Assembly (NCBI GenBank): GCA_044236265.1
Contig: JBIIGV010000006.1
Coordinates: 1 to 48,037, forward strand
Source of the DNA: Oligoflexales bacterium
Lineage (GTDB): Bacteria; Bdellovibrionota_B; Oligoflexia; Oligoflexales; RGVZ01
Reading direction: 5' to 3'
DNA length: 48,037 nt
Part shown: positions 43,975 through 48,037 of the stretch, piece after piece
How the letters are laid out: each line of letters starts with the position of its first letter
Position numbering within the stretch: position 1 is the first letter of the stretch
The notes under the pieces: generated by a model
Databases searched by the model: none
The model's input: only the letters and a program-made list of their open reading frames with translations
Told to the model about the DNA's origin: nothing
Program-made: the position numbers and the translations under genes

Positions 43975-46275
43975 TTAATTAGGCAGGCCGGGGACTTTTT
44001 CTAAAAGGAATCTGTAGACCATTTCATTACGCCACACCCCTTTCACATAGTCTCTCGTTTCCTGGTAGGGGATTAATTCAATAAAGACAAGCTGGTCCTC
44101 AAAAAGCCGCCGAGAGACCCAGTTTTCAACGGTCTGTATGCCCGCATTATAGGCTGCAAACACCTTGGAGCGATCTTCAGCATATCGACCATTCAACTGT
44201 TTCACGTAAGTTGAACCTAAGCGTATGTTGGATTCAGGAACAAGAAGGTCCTCGGGAATCTTAATCGCACTTGGACTAGCGAACCCAGCCTCCCCAACCA
44301 AACCTTTGGCCGTTGGCGGTGTTAGTTGCATCAAGCCCCAAGCATTAGCGCCACTTCGAATATCAGATCGAAAGCTCGACTCCTGCCTGGTCAGACCCAT
44401 CAAGACCTCGGGACTGAGGTCTTTCTCTTTTGCCATCGCGATGAACTGGGATGCGTAGGGACGAGGAAAATACACAATCATCTGCTCGGGAAAACGCTGC
44501 CAAAAGGATGAATCCTTTGTGAGCTTTGTTGTCGTGGCAATTGCCCCCAACCAGTTTGAGTTGGCAGCATACAAACGGGAAATATAAAGACCCCATTCCA
44601 TCTCACGTTCATCCATGGACTGAAAGTCAATCGCCTTGATTAAGTCATCAAGACTATAATTTGAAAATTGCTGCATTCCCAACGAAGCAAAAATTTCTGC
44701 CCGTCTCAGAAGAGCTCCTCGTTTTTTTTCAGATCTTAAATCGTCAAGATCACTTTTCTGCCAATCTCGTAAAGATTTGCGAAGTGATTTGACGTCCGTA
44801 AAGATTCGCGACCACTCATCATGATAATCGGATCCTGATTGCCTCAAGGCGACAACGCTATAGAAGCTAAGAGGATGATCTTGGGCTACAGACTTGCGGT
44901 AAAAAGATGCTTCCGATTTATTTCCGAGCTTTGTGTGTGCCTGTGAAACCCAAAAAAGGAGAGCAGGGCGTAATTTATCATCTTTGGAATCTGTGAGCAT
45001 TTCCTCCCAGACCTTCCTAGAGTCCTCATATCGTCCGGCTAAAAACCGATAAAACCCGAGACTAAATCTAAGACGATCTGACCACTCACCGGAAAACGAA
45101 TGTCGCTCAGTGGCTAACTGCGCAATACTTGCAGCTTTATCCCAGTCCCGAGCTTCTACCGCTAGGCGAAACGCCAAAAAATGATAAGTCTCGGCCAAAG
45201 TGGCATTCAAACTTTGCTTCTGTTCACTGGTCAAACTATAAGACTGACTCAAAGCTGCTTCAACATACGCAATCACATCTTCTGCGTAATTTTTTGCTGA
45301 CTCACCATCACCAATTGCTGCACGCGCACGCGCAGCCCACAACGTATCTTCAATTCTCCTTTGCTCGAATTGATTTCTAGTGAGTCCAAGTGATGCTTCC
45401 GAGATTGCAGGACTTTTCCAGAGCCTCATGAAAGGAACATAAAGTGGCGCCACAGACTCGCGCTCACCCTGGTCTCTTCGCATCTTGATAATTCTCGCAT
45501 AAGCTTCAAGAGCTAAGGGCGCTGTTGGTGAATTTGCGGCAAGTCGCGGAACAACTTCCGAAAGAATACTTACAGACTTGGAAATCTGTCCGCTGCACTG
45601 GTTAATGAGGCCTGTAAAATATTGGCGCACGTCCACGTCTAATCGTCGCTGCCAATCTTCCCAACCAGCTCCAAGTTGCGACTTGCTTTTACAAACATTT
45701 GCCGCGAGCCGAATCATCAGTGGATCAGATGGATCGATGCCACTCACCGATGGCACTTCTGCTTTTGCGCCTGATGGCACGTTGTCCGCTGGCAACAAAT
45801 CGGAAAAATCTCGATCAATTAACTGGGAAATTTTCTGCTCCGATGTCAAACCTTTGTCCAGCATCCAGGGAGACGCTGATCCACCATTTAATTCGGCCAT
45901 AATCTGGGATAGCAACTGAGACTTTACAGTCGCCTTAGGTTGTTGCTTCACATAGGAACGAATCCAGCCCGCAAACGCTTTTTCTCCAAAGCTTCCCTTT
46001 GCGCGAGTTAATGCAGCAAACCAAAGCTTTGCTGATTCAGCTGATTCAACCTTGGAATCAGCAATCATCGCATCAAGCATAAAGCCAGCGTCCTCCAGCA
46101 AAGCGGAGTCTGAGGGATTTTTGGCTAAGTAGCCTCGCAACGCATCTCTTTCTTGGAGCAAAGTTTTGGAAGGAGGAGCTGAGGGGTTCAACGGGTCCAA
46201 CGCCAACGGAATAGGCTTTGGGCCCGACGCGCAGGCTGAAAAACATAAAATGGATAACACAGACCATCTTTTCAT
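43975..46275 (-). CDS. Slt-like soluble lytic transglycosylase lipoprotein with TPR/helical repeats
   Basis: Lipobox FSAC; SLT motifs RQES, GLMQL, AYNAG and ETRDYV. Confidence 0.92.
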   Translation of the reverse strand: MKRWSVLSILCFSACASGPKPIPLALDPLNPSAPPSKTLLQERDALRGYLAKNPSDSALLEDAGFMLDAMIADSKVESAESAKLWFAALTRAKGSFGEKAFAGWIRSYVKQQPKATVKSQLLSQIMAELNGGSASPWMLDKGLTSEQKISQLIDRDFSDLLPADNVPSGAKAEVPSVSGIDPSDPLMIRLAANVCKSKSQLGAGWEDWQRRLDVDVRQYFTGLINQCSGQISKSVSILSEVVPRLAANSPTAPLALEAYARIIKMRRDQGERESVAPLYVPFMRLWKSPAISEASLGLTRNQFEQRRIEDTLWAARARAAIGDGESAKNYAEDVIAYVEAALSQSYSLTSEQKQSLNATLAETYHFLAFRLAVEARDWDKAASIAQLATERHSFSGEWSDRLRFSLGFYRFLAGRYEDSRKVWEEMLTDSKDDKLRPALLFWVSQAHTKLGNKSEASFYRKSVAQDHPLSFYSVVALRQSGSDYHDEWSRIFTDVKSLRKSLRDWQKSDLDDLRSEKKRGALLRRAEIFASLGMQQFSNYSLDDLIKAIDFQSMDEREMEWGLYISRLYAANSNWLGAIATTTKLTKDSSFWQRFPEQMIVYFPRPYASQFIAMAKEKDLSPEVLMGLTRQESSFRSDIRSGANAWGLMQLTPPTAKGLVGEAGFASPSAIKIPEDLLVPESNIRLGSTYVKQLNGRYAEDRSKVFAAYNAGIQTVENWVSRRLFEDQLVFIELIPYQETRDYVKGVWRNEMVYRFLLEKVPGLPN

Positions 46276-46292
46276 AAAGAAATCATAGCTTT

Positions 46293-47315
46293 TTATTGAG
46301 CTGGCGTCACACTAATTCCGGCTGAAAGCTTGAATACACGCGGTATTCCGGCGTCCGACGATAAAACAATGAGCTCGCCATCCGGAAAAACATCAATAAA
46401 GTTGGGCGAATACTCTCCCTTGCCGCTAGCCTGTTTTCTTCTAGTCGGAATGTCCATAACCTCAATAGCACCATCAGCAAAGGCCAGGACATGGCGGTCA
46501 ACAGAAGCGCCAAAAGAGTTTATCTTGCGGCTACCCAAGACGGGGATGACCTGCTTTCGCCTTAACTTCTCATCAAAGAAAATCAGCGCTTGAGACGACC
46601 AAGCAACGAAATACTTTCCAGACCGAACAACACCCTTAAGTTTTGATTTCGCCCGATACACCTCGGACTGCCTGACCCGTGGCCCATCCATCAGCAGCTT
46701 TAAGAGCTGATGATCTCTTGTTGTTAACACAGCTCCGTCGTGCTCCAGCCCAGCAAAAAGCTTTGACTGTCCGCCCTGAACCTCCAAGTCACTGCCGGTT
46801 GATTTCACTAATTGGCCAGGATCAACCAAAATAAGAAAAATTCCGCAATTATTCATAAAGTAAACGCGGTGGCTGTTATCGTGAGGCAAAGGCGATGCAC
46901 CCAAAGGAATGCAGGCCGCTGGAAAGCTTCCATCAAGCTTTCGCCACACCTGTTTTTCACCCTTCAATATCCAGGCAGATTTTTTATCAACGCCTATCAA
47001 AACACCAGATTTAACATGGATCAGGTTGAAGGATTCAGTGCGAGCCAAAGGCTGTTCCAGCCGGCTCAATGAACCATCTGCCAAATTCCAGCGCCAAAGA
47101 AAACTTTTCCCCGTTATCCAAATTTCCTTTGAAGTGACATCAACCACGGGACGACCCGTAGGTTCGTCAGCCAGTATGGATTCAGCATGAATGGCTGCTG
47201 GCCTGATTTCTGTCCAATCTAACTTTTCAAACACCTGGCTCTGAGAGCTAGCCGCGTTGGGGGTCAGCAGAAAAATCATCGCCAGAGTCAACTTTAATGA
47301 CCACAACCCCGTCAT
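46293..47315 (-). CDS. Hypothetical exported protein, probably a beta-propeller
   Basis: Signal peptide and repeated short beta strands. Confidence 0.65.
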   Translation of the reverse strand: MTGLWSLKLTLAMIFLLTPNAASSQSQVFEKLDWTEIRPAAIHAESILADEPTGRPVVDVTSKEIWITGKSFLWRWNLADGSLSRLEQPLARTESFNLIHVKSGVLIGVDKKSAWILKGEKQVWRKLDGSFPAACIPLGASPLPHDNSHRVYFMNNCGIFLILVDPGQLVKSTGSDLEVQGGQSKLFAGLEHDGAVLTTRDHQLLKLLMDGPRVRQSEVYRAKSKLKGVVRSGKYFVAWSSQALIFFDEKLRRKQVIPVLGSRKINSFGASVDRHVLAFADGAIEVMDIPTRRKQASGKGEYSPNFIDVFPDGELIVLSSDAGIPRVFKLSAGISVTPAQ

Positions 47316-48037
47316 TACACCACCGCAAACGAGTCAATGATGGACGAAATGATCAATGATTCGTCGACTCGCGACGACTTCAAACGCCGATCGGCTGAAG
47401 CGCAGGCGCTGAGCGGACCCATTCCTTTTCGCGAACCGCCTTTTTCAAGTTGCTCTCGAGCAAATCGCGCAAAAATTCCTGTCAATGCTATGGCGGATTC
47501 ACCACGATCAATGAATGCCTCAGACAGTAAGTGAGCCTCGGCCAGATTATTCCTGCGAAGAGCGTCAAAAAGTTCAAAAACGTCGTCTTCGCGCAGCGTC
47601 CCAATTGATGACGCAACATCGATACGACTGAGAGTTCTGTTAACGCCATGGAACTGTAGCGACAATATATCAATTTGATTTTCGATTTTTGCAAGGTCAT
47701 GTCCCATGGAATCCACGACCAACTTAATAGCATCAGGAGCTAGCGACAAACTTCTGCGCCTACAAAAAGATTCTGCAACTCTCTCAAATTCCTGGGTGGC
47801 AGATGGCTCAACGCAGCTAACCATCACAACTCCAAGTCTCGACAATTGCTTGGCGACATCCGCTGGCAACTTTTCAGAAAATTCGAAGACAAAATTCGAC
47901 TTAATATCTTGAACAGATTTGATCTCAGAGAGCCACGAACCAAAAGCTCGATTTTGCTGGGAGCGCCTGCAAATAAAAAGTGTTTTCGACTCAAAAAGAC
48001 TTACTTGGGACCATAACGAGCGAAATTCAGACTGCTG
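47315..48037 (-). CDS. holA: DNA polymerase III delta subunit (5'-truncated by the window edge)
   Basis: Frame is open to the window end and reads ...SQVSLFESK... (HolA SLF-like motif), GHDLAKIENQIDIL, DVFELFDAL and ADRRLKSS. Confidence 0.8.
   Translation of the reverse strand, partial: QQSEFRSLWSQVSLFESKTLFICRRSQQNRAFGSWLSEIKSVQDIKSNFVFEFSEKLPADVAKQLSRLGVVMVSCVEPSATQEFERVAESFCRRRSLSLAPDAIKLVVDSMGHDLAKIENQIDILSLQFHGVNRTLSRIDVASSIGTLREDDVFELFDALRRNNLAEAHLLSEAFIDRGESAIALTGIFARFAREQLEKGGSRKGMGPLSACASADRRLKSSRVDESLIISSIIDSFAVV

Noticed and set aside
435..47912. Many short antisense or alternate-frame ORFs in the track
   Set aside because: They lie inside well-supported genes and lack RBSs and motifs, so I treat them as shadow ORFs.
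1..48037. CRISPR arrays, IS elements, prophage or defence genes, tRNA and rRNA
   Set aside because: I saw no spaced repeats, transposase or integrase motifs, or structural RNA signatures by eye.

Overview
A 48 kb stretch of bacterial chromosome made mostly of housekeeping genes. Gene content and synteny suggest a deltaproteobacterial-type lineage, probably Bdellovibrionota/Oligoflexia (inference only). In order: 3' end of nusA, infB-rbfA-truB-metK, a HAMP-only membrane protein with ruvAB, and a minus-strand envelope/competence cluster (O-antigen ligase, PilZ, TPR lipoprotein, LysM/TsaP-like, dprA, smg, orphan CpaF-type ATPase). Then panC-plsB-rsgA-acyl-CoA dehydrogenase-degenerate EEP lipoprotein, rodZ-like, pilW/tgl-like and ctpA, a sigma28-promoted microprotein plus sigma54 activator, and yciO-RuBisCO-like mtnW-mtnB-lipB. 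The rest holds cutA, a cupredoxin, a DHH phosphoesterase, ytfJ, rhlB, cpoB-like-tsaD-rsmA, an OMP, a NifU-domain protein, cyoE, a soluble lytic transglycosylase and partial holA. I saw no mobile elements, CRISPR arrays, tRNAs or rRNAs. The best candidate for an undescribed system is an unannotated ~215-nt non-coding RNA on the minus strand (22635->22422). It has a sigma28-type promoter, a 5' GNRA hairpin, ten GGA motifs (at least three in hairpin loops) and an intrinsic terminator. This is the architecture of a CsrB/RsmZ-type CsrA-sequestering sRNA, in a lineage where such RNAs are not well known to me.
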